Positions 9,624-19,474 of a stretch of DNA of 64,000 nt are shown piece after piece. The translations under genes and the position numbers were made by a program. Location of the stretch: positions 32,001 to 96,000 of the forward strand of contig CBDBZY010000036.1 in the NCBI GenBank assembly GCA_965213685.1. Reading direction: 5' to 3'. Positions within the stretch are counted from its first letter, which is position 1. Each line of letters opens with the position of its first letter. This DNA is from a bacterium. GTDB lineage: Bacteria; UBA8248. The notes below the pieces were generated by a model. It was not told where the DNA came from, did no database searches, and saw nothing but the letters and a program-made list of their open reading frames with translations.

Positions 9624-10082
9624 TCATTTTATCTCAAGAATTACTTCCAGCTCCACGGGGGCTCCAAGCGGAAGCGCGGCCACCCCGACCGCCACCCGGG
9701 CGTGCCTTCCTTTTTCCCCGAAGACGTCAACGGCCAGATGGGATGCGCCGTTCATCACGAGCGCCTGATCCGTGAAATCTTCCGAGGAGGCCACGTAACC
9801 GGTCATCCGGACGATTCTCCTCACGCGCTCCAAATCGCCGAGGGCCGCCTTCGCCTGCGCCATGGCGTTCAGGAAGCAGACTGCGGCGCACTCCTGGGCC
9901 TGGGCCACGCTGACGGCACGGGAAACCTTTCCTTCATAAAGCAGTTTGGCGCCTCTGAGGGGGATTTGTCCGGAGATGAACATCAGCGATTGCGCCATGA
10001 CGCATGGAACGTACGCGCCCACAGGGGCGGGCGCCTCGGGCAACTCTATTCCCAGCGCATCCATTCGCTCGGAGACATTCAC
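9624..10082 (-). CDS. RidA family protein
   Basis: PAPVGAYVP, ISGQIP, NGASHL, GRHARVAVGVAALPLGAPVELE. Confidence 0.9.
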   Translation of the reverse strand: MNVSERMDALGIELPEAPAPVGAYVPCVMAQSLMFISGQIPLRGAKLLYEGKVSRAVSVAQAQECAAVCFLNAMAQAKAALGDLERVRRIVRMTGYVASSEDFTDQALVMNGASHLAVDVFGEKGRHARVAVGVAALPLGAPVELEVILEIK

Positions 10083-10702
10083 CTCGCACCTCCCGCCGCG
10101 CGCCTCGCTTTCATCTTCCGGAATTCCTCCGGCGTGTTCGCGTTCAGGAAAGATGCGGCGTCGGGGTCCCACAACCTCCAGGTCGCCTCCTCCACCCTCC
10201 TGACGCGCACCTCAGAATGAAAGCCTATCATTTTCAGCGCGCCCCTTGAAATGGAGCGCGCAATGGGCGTTTTGCATTTTTTCCCGTAGAAAGCGCACAG
10301 CGGCTCCGGGCGCGCGTCTAGGACGGGAACGACCACATCCCAATCGTCCACCAGGGAGGCGATGCCGGATATGAGCGCGGACCGCAACAATGGCATGTCG
10401 CATCCCGTCACGAAAACATGGGAGGCGCTGGCGGTCGCCACGGCAGTGTACAGGCCGCCCAACGAGCCGTTTCCGGGATGGATGTCCGCGATCACGGAAA
10501 ACCCCAGTCGCTCATACGGCGCCTTCGCGTTGGCGATGACGAGAACCTCCGGAAACATCTTTTCCAGAACGTTCCCTACGCGCCGAATCATGGGAACCGC
10601 ATCTATCGGGAGCATGGATTTGTCTCGGCCCATTCGCCGGCTCTGGCCGCCCGCCAGGATGGCCGCGGAAAAGGGGAGTTTTTCCGCTGCGTCTCCGCTC
10701 AT
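10079..10702 (-). CDS. mobA: Molybdenum cofactor guanylyltransferase
   Basis: ILAGGQSRRMGRDK, GSLGGL, GCDMP, PEPLCAFY, NANTPEE. Confidence 0.9.
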   Translation of the reverse strand: MSGDAAEKLPFSAAILAGGQSRRMGRDKSMLPIDAVPMIRRVGNVLEKMFPEVLVIANAKAPYERLGFSVIADIHPGNGSLGGLYTAVATASASHVFVTGCDMPLLRSALISGIASLVDDWDVVVPVLDARPEPLCAFYGKKCKTPIARSISRGALKMIGFHSEVRVRRVEEATWRLWDPDAASFLNANTPEEFRKMKARRAAGGAR

Positions 10703-10748
10703 CCGAGAAATGCTCCAGAGATGCGAATCGCCAAGCCCGACGTCGAAT

Positions 10749-12029
10749 TTACGCTCCCGAACGCGCCCGCCCGGGGAGGAAACCCGTCCCGGGGACTTCC
10801 GCAGGCTCCCCGGCAGGCGCCTCGCCCAGCAAGATGGCCTGGACAAGGCTGCCGGCGGCGAGCGCCGTCTCAAACTCCGGGAATATGACCAGCCCGTTCG
10901 CCCGCACCATGGAATGCAATATGTTGGAGCCCTGCGCCTCGAGCGCCCGGGCCACCCATCCTTCCCGCGAACGATGGACGATGGAGCGCACATAGTGGCG
11001 TCTTTCGGGCGACTTGGCGAGCGGCGCGAGGAGGCGCGCCTCCACCGTGGGGCGGAACAACCTCTTCTGTCCCTGCATTTTTCGCAGCCCCGGCCGGACA
11101 AACAACTCGAAGCTCACCATCGTGGAAACGGGATTTCCCGGCAGGCCGAATACGGGCTTGCCGTTCAGCACCCCGAAAGCCATGGGCTTGCCCGGCTTCA
11201 TGCGGACCCGCCAGAACCGCATCTCGTTGCCGAGTTCGCCCAATGTGGATTTCACCAGGTCAAAATCCCCTACCGACACGCCGCCGCTCGTTATCATCAG
11301 GTCGGCGGCCAGCCCGTCGCTGATGCGCCGCTCCAGGTCCGCCGCGTTATCGCGGGCGATGCCCAGCAAAACGGGTTCGCCGCCCGCCTCGATCACCTGG
11401 GCGGCCAGGGCGTAGGAATTGGAGTTGAATATCTGGCCCACGCCGGGGTGTTCGCCCAGATCGACGAGCTCCTCTCCTGTCGCCAGAATCGCCACCCTTG
11501 GCTTTTGATATACCTGCGCGCTTGGCCGACCGATATTCGCCAGCATGCCGACCGAAGCCGGGCCGAGGACGGCCCCCGCCTCGAAGACCTTCTCGCCGGC
11601 CCGGACATCCTCGCCCGCCAGCCGGACCGCCTCTCCCTGTGGCGCCTCGAGAAAAATATGGACTGCATCGTCCGAGATTCTTTCCGTCTCCTCCACCAGC
11701 ACGACGGCGTCCGCCCCGGGGGGAATGGGCGCCCCGGTCATGATCTTGACAGCGTCTCCCGGGCCGACTTTTCGCGTTGCGACGACGCCGGCCTGAATCT
11801 CCTCTATGACCCTCAACTTCCTGGGCGCCTCGCGGGTCGCGCCCCTGACGTCTTCGGAGCGCAGGGCGTATCCATCCATCGCCGAATTGTTCCAGGGGGG
11901 AATGGGCCGCGGCGATTCCACGTCCTCGGCCAGCACCCTGCCCAGACAACTGCGCAAATCCACCTTTTCACGGCCCATCGGCTGAATCATCGCCAGTATG
12001 GATTTTTGAGCGTCCTCTACGCTAATCAT
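10749..12029 (-). CDS. moeA: Molybdopterin molybdotransferase
   Basis: SAMDGYA, IMTGAPIPPGADAV, SGGVSVGDFD, MKPGKP, LPGNPVS. Confidence 0.96.
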   Translation of the reverse strand: MISVEDAQKSILAMIQPMGREKVDLRSCLGRVLAEDVESPRPIPPWNNSAMDGYALRSEDVRGATREAPRKLRVIEEIQAGVVATRKVGPGDAVKIMTGAPIPPGADAVVLVEETERISDDAVHIFLEAPQGEAVRLAGEDVRAGEKVFEAGAVLGPASVGMLANIGRPSAQVYQKPRVAILATGEELVDLGEHPGVGQIFNSNSYALAAQVIEAGGEPVLLGIARDNAADLERRISDGLAADLMITSGGVSVGDFDLVKSTLGELGNEMRFWRVRMKPGKPMAFGVLNGKPVFGLPGNPVSTMVSFELFVRPGLRKMQGQKRLFRPTVEARLLAPLAKSPERRHYVRSIVHRSREGWVARALEAQGSNILHSMVRANGLVIFPEFETALAAGSLVQAILLGEAPAGEPAEVPGTGFLPGRARSGA

Positions 12030-12114
12030 CCATCACTCCAGAGGTTTATTGTGTATGCAAGGGTTTAATATGTTTATGTATGAAGACCGCCTCCCGCATC
12101 CGCGGGGAGGAGCC

Positions 12115-12142
12115 ATTATAACCGACGCCGACGCAGGAACAA
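12115..12142 (-). promoter_or_regulatory. Putative sigma70 promoter for the moeA operon
   Basis: TTGTTC-16nt-TATAAT on the minus strand upstream of moeA. Confidence 0.4.
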
Positions 12143-12218
12143 GCCGAACATCATCATGGCGGGGCGGTTCCGCGTCCCCGGATTTGCGGAGTTTCTGAAG
12201 ATTCATTAGAAAGACACT

Positions 12219-12662
12219 ATGGCCAAGGAGGAATTTCGATACAAAAGCGAGATGCGCGTCCGGTTTGGCGAAACAGACCTCCAGGGGGTCGTGTTCAACG
12301 CGAACTACCTTCTGTATGTGGACACCGCCCAGATGGATTATCTCCGCTTCATCGGCGTTCCATACCGGCGCATGCTCGAGTGCGGGCATGATATCGTCAT
12401 CGTGGACGCCTCGCTACAGTTCATCTCCCCGGCTTGCTTCGATGACGTCCTGGAAATCTACGCGCGCATCTCCGAAATCGGGAACTCCAGCATCAAAATG
12501 GATTTCGAGATCCATGAACGAGGAGCGGAGCGCCTAGTCGCGAAAGCGCGAACGGCGTACGTCCTCATCGAGAAAGAGACGAAAAGGCCCGTCCGGGTGC
12601 CGCCCTACATTCGCGACGCAGCGAGAAAATTTGAAGCGAGGCTGGATTTTGAGGCGACCTGA
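12219..12662 (+). CDS. Acyl-CoA thioesterase (YbgC/4HBT hotdog family)
   Basis: RVRFGETDLQGVVFNANYL motif. Confidence 0.9.
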   Translation: MAKEEFRYKSEMRVRFGETDLQGVVFNANYLLYVDTAQMDYLRFIGVPYRRMLECGHDIVIVDASLQFISPACFDDVLEIYARISEIGNSSIKMDFEIHERGAERLVAKARTAYVLIEKETKRPVRVPPYIRDAARKFEARLDFEAT

Positions 12663-12748
12663 GCCTCCAGGCTCCGCGCCCGGCCGCGCGAAGAGTCTCG
12701 ACAGCCGCCGCACAGCCGTCCCGGCCGGAGGCGGGAGAAATTAGATTC

Positions 12749-12778
12749 TTGCCTCTCGCGTCGCTTTCGTGGTAGATT
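12749..12778 (+). promoter_or_regulatory. Putative sigma70 promoter for the tct operon
   Basis: TTGCCT-18nt-TAGATT with an extended TG. Confidence 0.35.
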
Positions 12779-12992
12779 CGGAGAAACGCCAACCAGCGAA
12801 CGCAAGAAAAAACCGGAGCGGGACAACAACAGCCCTTTTAAATGGCTGATGCATTCCGATGATGGAAAATATGTTTCCCGCGTATCCGGGTTGGGTGAAG
12901 TCGCGGTTTCCTATCACCGAGAGAGGTGAAGCCATCGCTTGCGCCGTGGCCGCTGCGGCGTTCCGTCTCACAAAGGAGAAGGAGGGAATATA

Positions 12993-13991
12993 GTGAAAAC
13001 ATTGCGACGCTCGATGCGGGGCACTCCGTTCCTCACGCTCGCCCTGGTTTTGTTGGTCACGATTGCGCTGGGAGCCACCCAGGCTCTCGCCGCCTGGAAG
13101 CCGACCCGCCCGATTGAATTCATCATCATGGCGGGCAAAGGCGGGGGTGCGGACCGCATCGCCCGTCTCATGCAAAAAATCGTCACCCAAAACAAGTGGT
13201 CGCCGCAGCCCCTGGTGCCAATCAACAAAAAGGGGGGGTCAGGTGCCGAGGCGATGCTCTATCTCCATTCCAAAAAAGGGAATCCGCACGTCATTCTCGT
13301 TACGCTGAACAGTTTCTTCACCACCCCGGCCTTGCGGAACCTCCCGGTGAACTACACGAAACTCACGCCGGTCTATCGCCTGGCCATGGACACGTTCCTT
13401 CTCTGGGTCAATCCGAAATCGGGCATCAAGAACATCGACGATTTCGTGAAGGCCGTGAAAGCCAAGAAAGGGAAGTGGACGATGGGCGGCACCGGCAAGA
13501 TGCAAGAGGATCAGCTCGTCACCAACATGCTGATGCAGACGTATGGATTGAAGGGGATGATCACCTATGTGCCCTTCCGAGGCGGCGGCACCGTGGCCAA
13601 AAACCTCGCCGGCGGACACGTCGATTCCACCGTGAACAACCCCTCCGAGGGACTGCCCCACTACCCCGGCAAAATGCGGCCCATCGCCGCCCTGACCCCG
13701 GAGCGGATTCCGGCGTTCAAGGAGGTTCCCACCTTCAAGGAGCTGGGGAAGCCGGAGCTCGTGTATTTCATGCAGCGCAGCATCAACGCACCCGGCGGCA
13801 TCTCGAAAGACGCCCTGAAGTGGTATAGCGATTTGTTCACCAAGCTGTGCAATTCCGAGGAGTGGAAGTCCTACACGAAACAGAAAGCCCTGAACCGCGC
13901 CTGCCTGAGCGGTGCGCCGCTGGGAGAATTCTTCGCCTCCGAGGACGTGAAACACAAGCAGTTGCTCAAGGGCATGGGATTGCTGAAATAA
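12993..13991 (+). CDS. tctC: Tripartite tricarboxylate transporter substrate-binding protein (TctC/Bug)
   Basis: Signal peptide, KPTRPIEFI...GGGADRIAR, NKKGGSG, YVPFRGGG, VPTFKELG; GTG start after GGAGGG. Confidence 0.92.
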   Translation: MKTLRRSMRGTPFLTLALVLLVTIALGATQALAAWKPTRPIEFIIMAGKGGGADRIARLMQKIVTQNKWSPQPLVPINKKGGSGAEAMLYLHSKKGNPHVILVTLNSFFTTPALRNLPVNYTKLTPVYRLAMDTFLLWVNPKSGIKNIDDFVKAVKAKKGKWTMGGTGKMQEDQLVTNMLMQTYGLKGMITYVPFRGGGTVAKNLAGGHVDSTVNNPSEGLPHYPGKMRPIAALTPERIPAFKEVPTFKELGKPELVYFMQRSINAPGGISKDALKWYSDLFTKLCNSEEWKSYTKQKALNRACLSGAPLGEFFASEDVKHKQLLKGMGLLK

Positions 13992-14008
13992 TCGGGAGAA
14001 GAATCTAG

Positions 14009-14500
14009 ATGCAGCGGGCGGATAGGGTTACCGCCATCGGGCTGATTCTTTTATCCCTTGGCGTCGCCTGGAAGTCGACAGAACTACCCATCGGCATTCT
14101 TCCCAAGGAAGGGCCAGGAGGGGGGTTCCTCCCCTTCTGGCTCTCTTTGGGGATAGCCGCCCTCGCGCTTCTCGTGCTGTTGAAGTCCCTTTTTTTCTCC
14201 GCGCAAGATGAATCAACCGGGGACGACGCCCCTCCGTTCGTGAGTTCGCAAGGGCTGGTCGACCTGTTGCGCGTCGGCTTTCCCGGAATGCTCATGATTC
14301 TGTTTGTCGCCATTATTTCGGTATATTTCTCCGCCGCGATCTTCATATTCTATTGTCTGTTCGTGGTCGGGAGACACAACCTGAGAACGAGTGTTGCCGT
14401 ATCTCTGGGCGTTCCCGTTGCGATCTACTACATCTTCGAGAAGTTCTTGATCATCCCCTTGCCAAAAGGGTATCTGGATTTCCTGTTTTACTGGAATTGA
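14009..14500 (+). CDS. tctB: Tripartite tricarboxylate transporter small subunit
   Basis: GPGGGFLP, several TM segments, FEKFLIIPLPKG C-terminus. Confidence 0.88.
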   Translation: MQRADRVTAIGLILLSLGVAWKSTELPIGILPKEGPGGGFLPFWLSLGIAALALLVLLKSLFFSAQDESTGDDAPPFVSSQGLVDLLRVGFPGMLMILFVAIISVYFSAAIFIFYCLFVVGRHNLRTSVAVSLGVPVAIYYIFEKFLIIPLPKGYLDFLFYWN

Positions 14501-14597
14501 GGGGCTCTCTTTTCTCTTTGTTGCGTTGTCCCGCCGTTCGACAAGACGTCCGCGCGATGGAGAGGGACAAGGTTGTTGGTCGGAAGGGTCGAATATA

Positions 14598-16124
14598 TTG
14601 GAGATTCTTGGAAACCTGTTTTACGGGCTAGGGATTGCGCTTTCGCCTCAAAACCTCTTGATGGCCCTGTTTGGCGTTGTTCTGGGCGTCGCCATTGGCG
14701 CGATGCCCGGCCTGGGTTCCGTGAACGGCGTCGCCATCCTCCTGCCGATCACGTTTGCGGTTCCGCCGACGAGCGCCATCATATTCCTGGCCGCCATCTA
14801 TTACGGCGCCATGTACGGCGGCGCCATCAGCTCCATCACCCTCAACATTCCGGGGGCGTCCACCGCCGTCGCGACCACGTTTGACGGCTATCCCCTGGCC
14901 AGAAAGGGCAAGGCGGCGGAGGCCCTTGTGGCTGCGGCGGTGGCCAGCTTTGTGGGCGGAACGCTGTCCATCGTCCTTTTTACGTTCTTCGCGCCGCCTC
15001 TGGCGGAATTCGCCCTCCGCTTCGGCCCCCCCGAGGAATTCGCCGTCGTGCTGCTGGCCTACGCCACTTTCGCGGGACTCGGCGGTGAAGACCCCATCAA
15101 GACGATCATCGCCACCATGCTGGGTCTGCTCATGTCCACTGTGGGCACCGACATCGTGAGCGGCTCGCCGCGCTTGATATTCGGAGGGATCACGGGTTTT
15201 TATCACGGCATCAATTTTCTCGTCCTGGCGATTGGCATCTACGGGGTCGGTGAAATTTTCTACACCCTGGAGGAAGGCATTCAGACGAAAGAGCGCTACC
15301 AGGCGAAGCTCAGCCTCCAGGAAGCCATCTCGACGCTCCGAAGCCTCTGGCAGCACTCCGCCACCATCCTGAAGGGTTCCGTTCTGGGGTTTTTTGTCGG
15401 CATGCTTCCGGCCGCCGGCGCAACGCCGGCGAGCTTCATGAGCTACAGCATCGCAAAAAAGTTTTCCAAAAACCCGGAGGAATTCGGCAAGGGCGCCATC
15501 GAGGGCGTCGCCGCACCCGAGTGCGCCAACAACGCCGCGAGCACCGGCTCCATGCTTCCCATGCTGACGCTGGGGATTCCGGGTTCCCCGACCACGGCGG
15601 TGATGCTCGGCGCCCTGTTCGTGTGGGGGCTTGTGCCGGGCCCTCGATTGTTCGTCGAGAACGCGGAGTTCGTGTGGGGACTGACGGGGAGTCTCTACAT
15701 CGCCAACACGCTGGCGGTCATGGTCGCTATTTTTGCGGTTCCGATTTTCATCTGGATGCTCAGGATGCCCATGACGATTCTGGCGCCGGTCATTCTCGTC
15801 GTCTGCGCCGTGGGCGGATTCTCGCCCACCCAGGACATGTTCGACGTGTATCTGATGTTCATATTCGGCGCGGCAGGGTATGTGTTTCGGAAGCTCGACT
15901 ATCCCCTTGCCCCGATGGTGCTGGCGCTGGTACTCGGAGGGCTGACGGAGCGCACCTTCCGCCAGAGCATGATCATGAGCCACGGGAGCCCGGGGATTCT
16001 TTTCGACTTCGCCGGGCGTCCGATAGCCGCAACCTTGATGGTCATTTCCATCACCTTGTTCATCATGCCCCTGTTGCCCATGCTCTTCAGGTTCCGGGTT
16101 TCTCGGAAAAAGACGGCGGCGTAG
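14598..16124 (+). CDS. tctA: Tripartite tricarboxylate transporter large permease
   Basis: GAMPGLG, YYGAMYGG, TTFDGYP, APECANNA, LTLGIPGS. Confidence 0.95.
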   Translation: MEILGNLFYGLGIALSPQNLLMALFGVVLGVAIGAMPGLGSVNGVAILLPITFAVPPTSAIIFLAAIYYGAMYGGAISSITLNIPGASTAVATTFDGYPLARKGKAAEALVAAAVASFVGGTLSIVLFTFFAPPLAEFALRFGPPEEFAVVLLAYATFAGLGGEDPIKTIIATMLGLLMSTVGTDIVSGSPRLIFGGITGFYHGINFLVLAIGIYGVGEIFYTLEEGIQTKERYQAKLSLQEAISTLRSLWQHSATILKGSVLGFFVGMLPAAGATPASFMSYSIAKKFSKNPEEFGKGAIEGVAAPECANNAASTGSMLPMLTLGIPGSPTTAVMLGALFVWGLVPGPRLFVENAEFVWGLTGSLYIANTLAVMVAIFAVPIFIWMLRMPMTILAPVILVVCAVGGFSPTQDMFDVYLMFIFGAAGYVFRKLDYPLAPMVLALVLGGLTERTFRQSMIMSHGSPGILFDFAGRPIAATLMVISITLFIMPLLPMLFRFRVSRKKTAA

Positions 16125-16206
16125 GCGCAACCGCGCCAGCGCGCCGCGCGCGGGAACGCCGGGGGTATCGCCCCGGCGCCATCGGACCCCGCGGCGGACG
16201 GAGATT

Positions 16207-17121
16207 CTAGGGGTCCATCGCGCACCGGAAGCCGATGTTGAAATTCTTGTACCACGGCTCGAAGCCTTCGCGCGCCGAACAGCGCAAGCTGTCCTCGATA
16301 TAATCCCAGCCGCAGCCGCGCGCCACCTTGGCGGTCCAGGCGTAGCCCGCCCTGCGGGGAAGCCAACCCTCGTCGTCTCCGAAGCGAATCTTGTAGCTGT
16401 CCTCGTCGCGCTGGAGGATTTCGTAACGCTCCCCCCGCCTGGCCTCCCCTACGCTCAGCGTCCCCCCGCCCGGGACGGCGAATACGGGAACCCGCGCCAT
16501 CGCCACTTCAAAGGTGGGTCTCTCCAGTCCGCGCGGGTTCTCCGCCGGGCTTGTTTGGTAATAAAAACCGTCAAACCAGTCCGAGACCCACTCAAAGACG
16601 TTCCCCGCCATTTGCACGCACCGATACGGGGAGCCGCTCTCTTCTTCGAGTTCATGGACATTGCGGGGATGGTGGACGTCAATCCCCGCGAAGACGGCCC
16701 GTTCGGGAGAAGGCTCCTCCCCGCCCCAGGGATATTTGCGCCCATCCGTTCCGCGCGACGCCTTTTCCCACTCCGCCTCGGTCGGCAGACGCTTGCCCGC
16801 CCACTCGGCATACGCATGGGCCTCGTCCCAACTGATGCTGACAATCGGCTGCTCTGGCCCCACGAAATCATCCTTCGAGAATGACGGCGGGGGAGGAAAT
16901 GCGTTGGTCTCCTCCAGAAAGGCGCGATACTGCGCGTTCGTCACGCAATACCTGTCGATCCAGAAAGCGTCGAGAATGACCTCATGCTGCGGACGCTCAT
17001 CCGCGTTGCCGGCATCCGATCCCATCAAGAACGGCCCGGCCGGCACGCACACCATGGGGGATTGGTCCTTCCCTCTTTTCATTTCCTCCGGCACCTCGTT
17101 CATCCTCATCTGCGCGCGCAT
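16207..17121 (-). CDS. FGE-sulfatase (SUMF1/EgtB/PvdO) fold protein with SH3-like insertion
   Basis: GPFLMGS, VTNAQY, KRLPTEAEWEKA, MAGNVFEWV, IGFRC; about 55-aa insert before the RG motif. Confidence 0.88.
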   Translation of the reverse strand: MRAQMRMNEVPEEMKRGKDQSPMVCVPAGPFLMGSDAGNADERPQHEVILDAFWIDRYCVTNAQYRAFLEETNAFPPPPSFSKDDFVGPEQPIVSISWDEAHAYAEWAGKRLPTEAEWEKASRGTDGRKYPWGGEEPSPERAVFAGIDVHHPRNVHELEEESGSPYRCVQMAGNVFEWVSDWFDGFYYQTSPAENPRGLERPTFEVAMARVPVFAVPGGGTLSVGEARRGERYEILQRDEDSYKIRFGDDEGWLPRRAGYAWTAKVARGCGWDYIEDSLRCSAREGFEPWYKNFNIGFRCAMDP

Positions 17122-17140
17122 CCGTTTTGCGGCGTGGGCG

Positions 17141-17172
17141 AAAAAGGACGGGGCCCGCGTCCGGGCCCCGTC
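17141..17172 (-). terminator. Rho-independent terminator after the oxidoreductase beta gene
   Basis: 11-bp stem GACGGGGCCCG/CGGGCCCCGTC with a 4-nt loop, followed by a T5 tract on the minus strand. Confidence 0.75.
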
Positions 17173-17205
17173 AGGAACTTGCCAATACAGATGATTCGCG
17201 AAGCA

Positions 17206-18234
17206 TTACTTCTTGCTGGGGTCATTCACCCGGAAGGGGATGACGCCGGGCACCATCCAGTCGTCCCACATTTTGTCCACTTCTTCCTGGAAGTATTGAT
17301 AGTCTTCCTCCTCAAAATGGTGGAACCGACCCTGCGTCTCCAGGTATTCGCGCACCTGCTTGCGGGAGCGCTTGCCGTAGACCTGGCGCGCGGAGATGCC
17401 CGTATAGGTCAGCTGCCCGTCCGTCATCTCCCAGAGGGGGAAAAGGCCGGTTTCGACGGCCAGCTCCCCGAGCTTGTGAGAATAGAACGGGTCGTAGTCC
17501 CAGCCTTTGGGGCATGGATCCAGCGTGTGCACAAACGCCGGGCCCGTCGTGGCGAGGGCTTTTCTGACCTTGTCGATCAGGTCCGCCGGATACGAGGCGT
17601 CCGCCGTGGCCACGTAGTTGCAGCGCGTGTGCCCGACGGCGTACATGGCGGCGATGTTCTTCTTCCAGCAATCGTGCATGATGCGGAATTTCTTGCCGGG
17701 AGGCGTGAACGTCGTGTTGGCACCCCAGGGGGACGCGCCGGAAATCTGGATGTCCGTGTTCGCGTATGACTCGTTGTCATAGCAGATGATCGCCAGATTG
17801 TACTTCGCGTGCATCAGCGCGGCGGATATGGACGACACGCCCATGTCGATGCCGCCCCCGTCTCCGCAGAAGGCGATGACGTTGATCGGCTCTTCCTTCA
17901 TCTTGCCCTTTCTCATCAACGCGCGAAGAGCCGCCGCCGTTCCCGTCGCGGCCGAGCCGGACGACCCCAGCTGCGTATGCATCCACGGCACCACCCAGGG
18001 GGTGCTGTAATACGTGGTGTTCGCCACGTACATGCACCCCGTGCTGCCCAGAATGATGGAGCGGGGGCCTGCCGCCTTCGCCATGAGACGCATGATAAGG
18101 GCACTCTCGCAGCCCTGGCATGTCCTGTGCCCGCTCGTGAAATACTCCTCCACCGCTTTCTCGGGAATCGCGTTGACTTTCCCCATCAAGGGAAGCGCTT
18201 GCGTTCCAATGTTGTATTCGGAAGTTTCCGCCAT
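17206..18234 (-). CDS. 2-oxoacid:ferredoxin oxidoreductase beta (TPP-binding) subunit, oxalate oxidoreductase-like
   Basis: GHRTCQGC, TGCMYVANT, GDGG, YDNESYANT, PCPKGW. Confidence 0.92.
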   Translation of the reverse strand: MAETSEYNIGTQALPLMGKVNAIPEKAVEEYFTSGHRTCQGCESALIMRLMAKAAGPRSIILGSTGCMYVANTTYYSTPWVVPWMHTQLGSSGSAATGTAAALRALMRKGKMKEEPINVIAFCGDGGGIDMGVSSISAALMHAKYNLAIICYDNESYANTDIQISGASPWGANTTFTPPGKKFRIMHDCWKKNIAAMYAVGHTRCNYVATADASYPADLIDKVRKALATTGPAFVHTLDPCPKGWDYDPFYSHKLGELAVETGLFPLWEMTDGQLTYTGISARQVYGKRSRKQVREYLETQGRFHHFEEEDYQYFQEEVDKMWDDWMVPGVIPFRVNDPSKK

Positions 18235-18236
18235 GA

Positions 18237-19454
18237 TTAGCCCCTCACTCCGATCCAGTCGACCTCGTTGTCGGCCACGTTGTTGTTGGCGATGGAAAAG
18301 ACTTGGTCCGCCATCTGTTTCACGTCCTCCAGCAGCACCTCGCGGCCCCCGAGGCCGCAAACGAACCCTTTCATGTGAGGCACCTTGTCCGCTCCATACA
18401 TGGCGGCTTTCACCTCATTATACAGGATGCCGCCGTGATAGGGCGACCCGAAAGAATAGTCGCGGTCAATGACCCCCACGGCCCGGAAGCGCGAGAGCGA
18501 CGCGCGCAACTCCTCCGTCGGGAACGGCCGGAACCATTTCAGGCGCACCAGACCGATTTTCTTGCCCTCCTTGCGCATTTCGCGGATGGCGACCTTCACC
18601 GGCAGGCTCAGCGTTCCCATGCCGCAAAGCACGATGTCGGCGTCCTCCGTCATGTATTCGTCGAGAAACGGGTCCGTGTCCGCGCCGAAAATCCTGCAGA
18701 AATCCGCGTGGGCTTCCTTCAGCACGGTGTAGGCGTTTTTCGCCGCCTCGCTGCTTTGCCGCCGCACTTCCATGAGCCAGTCTTCGTTGGCCTGCGGTGC
18801 GATGGTGATGGGATTGTCGGGGTGCAGCAACAAGTCGCCCCGATCATAGGGGGGGAGGAAGGCATTGACTTCCTCCTGTCCGGGCAGCCGCACCGTCGCC
18901 TGGCTGTGCGTCAGGAACGCGCCGTCCATCGCGATGGCGCACGGCAGATAGACCCTGGAGTCTTCAGCCACGCGATACGCCAACAGCCCGAGTTCGACGA
19001 CCTCCTGCGCCGTATCCGGAAAATTGATCATCCAGCCCAAATCGCGGACGAGCATGGCGTCGTTGTGCTCGGTGCCGAACGCGCCCGGATCATCCAGGGC
19101 GCGGCAGCCGACCAGCGCCACCATCGGCAGGCGCAAGCCCGCCGTGACGGCCAGCGGCTCCATCGCGTAGAGCCATCCCACGCCGCTGGAGCCCGTGAAT
19201 ACCCGCGCACCGCAAGCCGAGGCGTGCTTCACGATTTCAAACTGCCCGTGCTCGCTTTCCGCCGGAATGTAATCGGCGTCAAAATCGCCCTCTGCGATGA
19301 ATTTCGACACATACTGCATCACCGTGTCATACGGGCGTATGGGATACGCCGTGATGACGTCCACGTCCGCCAGGCGGCAGACGTGCGCCATGACCTCGCT
19401 TCCGGTGAGGAGATGTATTCCCGCACCTTGTTGCTGTTCGGTTGCCGTTGCCAT
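18237..19454 (-). CDS. 2-oxoacid:ferredoxin oxidoreductase alpha subunit, oxalate oxidoreductase-like
   Basis: ADVDVITAYPIRPY, ESEH, GARVFTGSSGVG, FRPFP, GLGGR. Confidence 0.92.
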   Translation of the reverse strand: MATATEQQQGAGIHLLTGSEVMAHVCRLADVDVITAYPIRPYDTVMQYVSKFIAEGDFDADYIPAESEHGQFEIVKHASACGARVFTGSSGVGWLYAMEPLAVTAGLRLPMVALVGCRALDDPGAFGTEHNDAMLVRDLGWMINFPDTAQEVVELGLLAYRVAEDSRVYLPCAIAMDGAFLTHSQATVRLPGQEEVNAFLPPYDRGDLLLHPDNPITIAPQANEDWLMEVRRQSSEAAKNAYTVLKEAHADFCRIFGADTDPFLDEYMTEDADIVLCGMGTLSLPVKVAIREMRKEGKKIGLVRLKWFRPFPTEELRASLSRFRAVGVIDRDYSFGSPYHGGILYNEVKAAMYGADKVPHMKGFVCGLGGREVLLEDVKQMADQVFSIANNNVADNEVDWIGVRG

Positions 19455-19474
19455 CTGTCCGCTCCTATTTCCTA

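Noticed and set aside
12030-12218. Possible Moco riboswitch upstream of moeA
   Set aside because: Only one GC-rich hairpin; I could not find the multi-stem consensus
16207-17121. True formylglycine-generating enzyme, or EgtB/SenA
   Set aside because: Lacks the FGE CxxxxC pair and the DinB-like N-terminal domain; no sulfatase or sen genes adjacent
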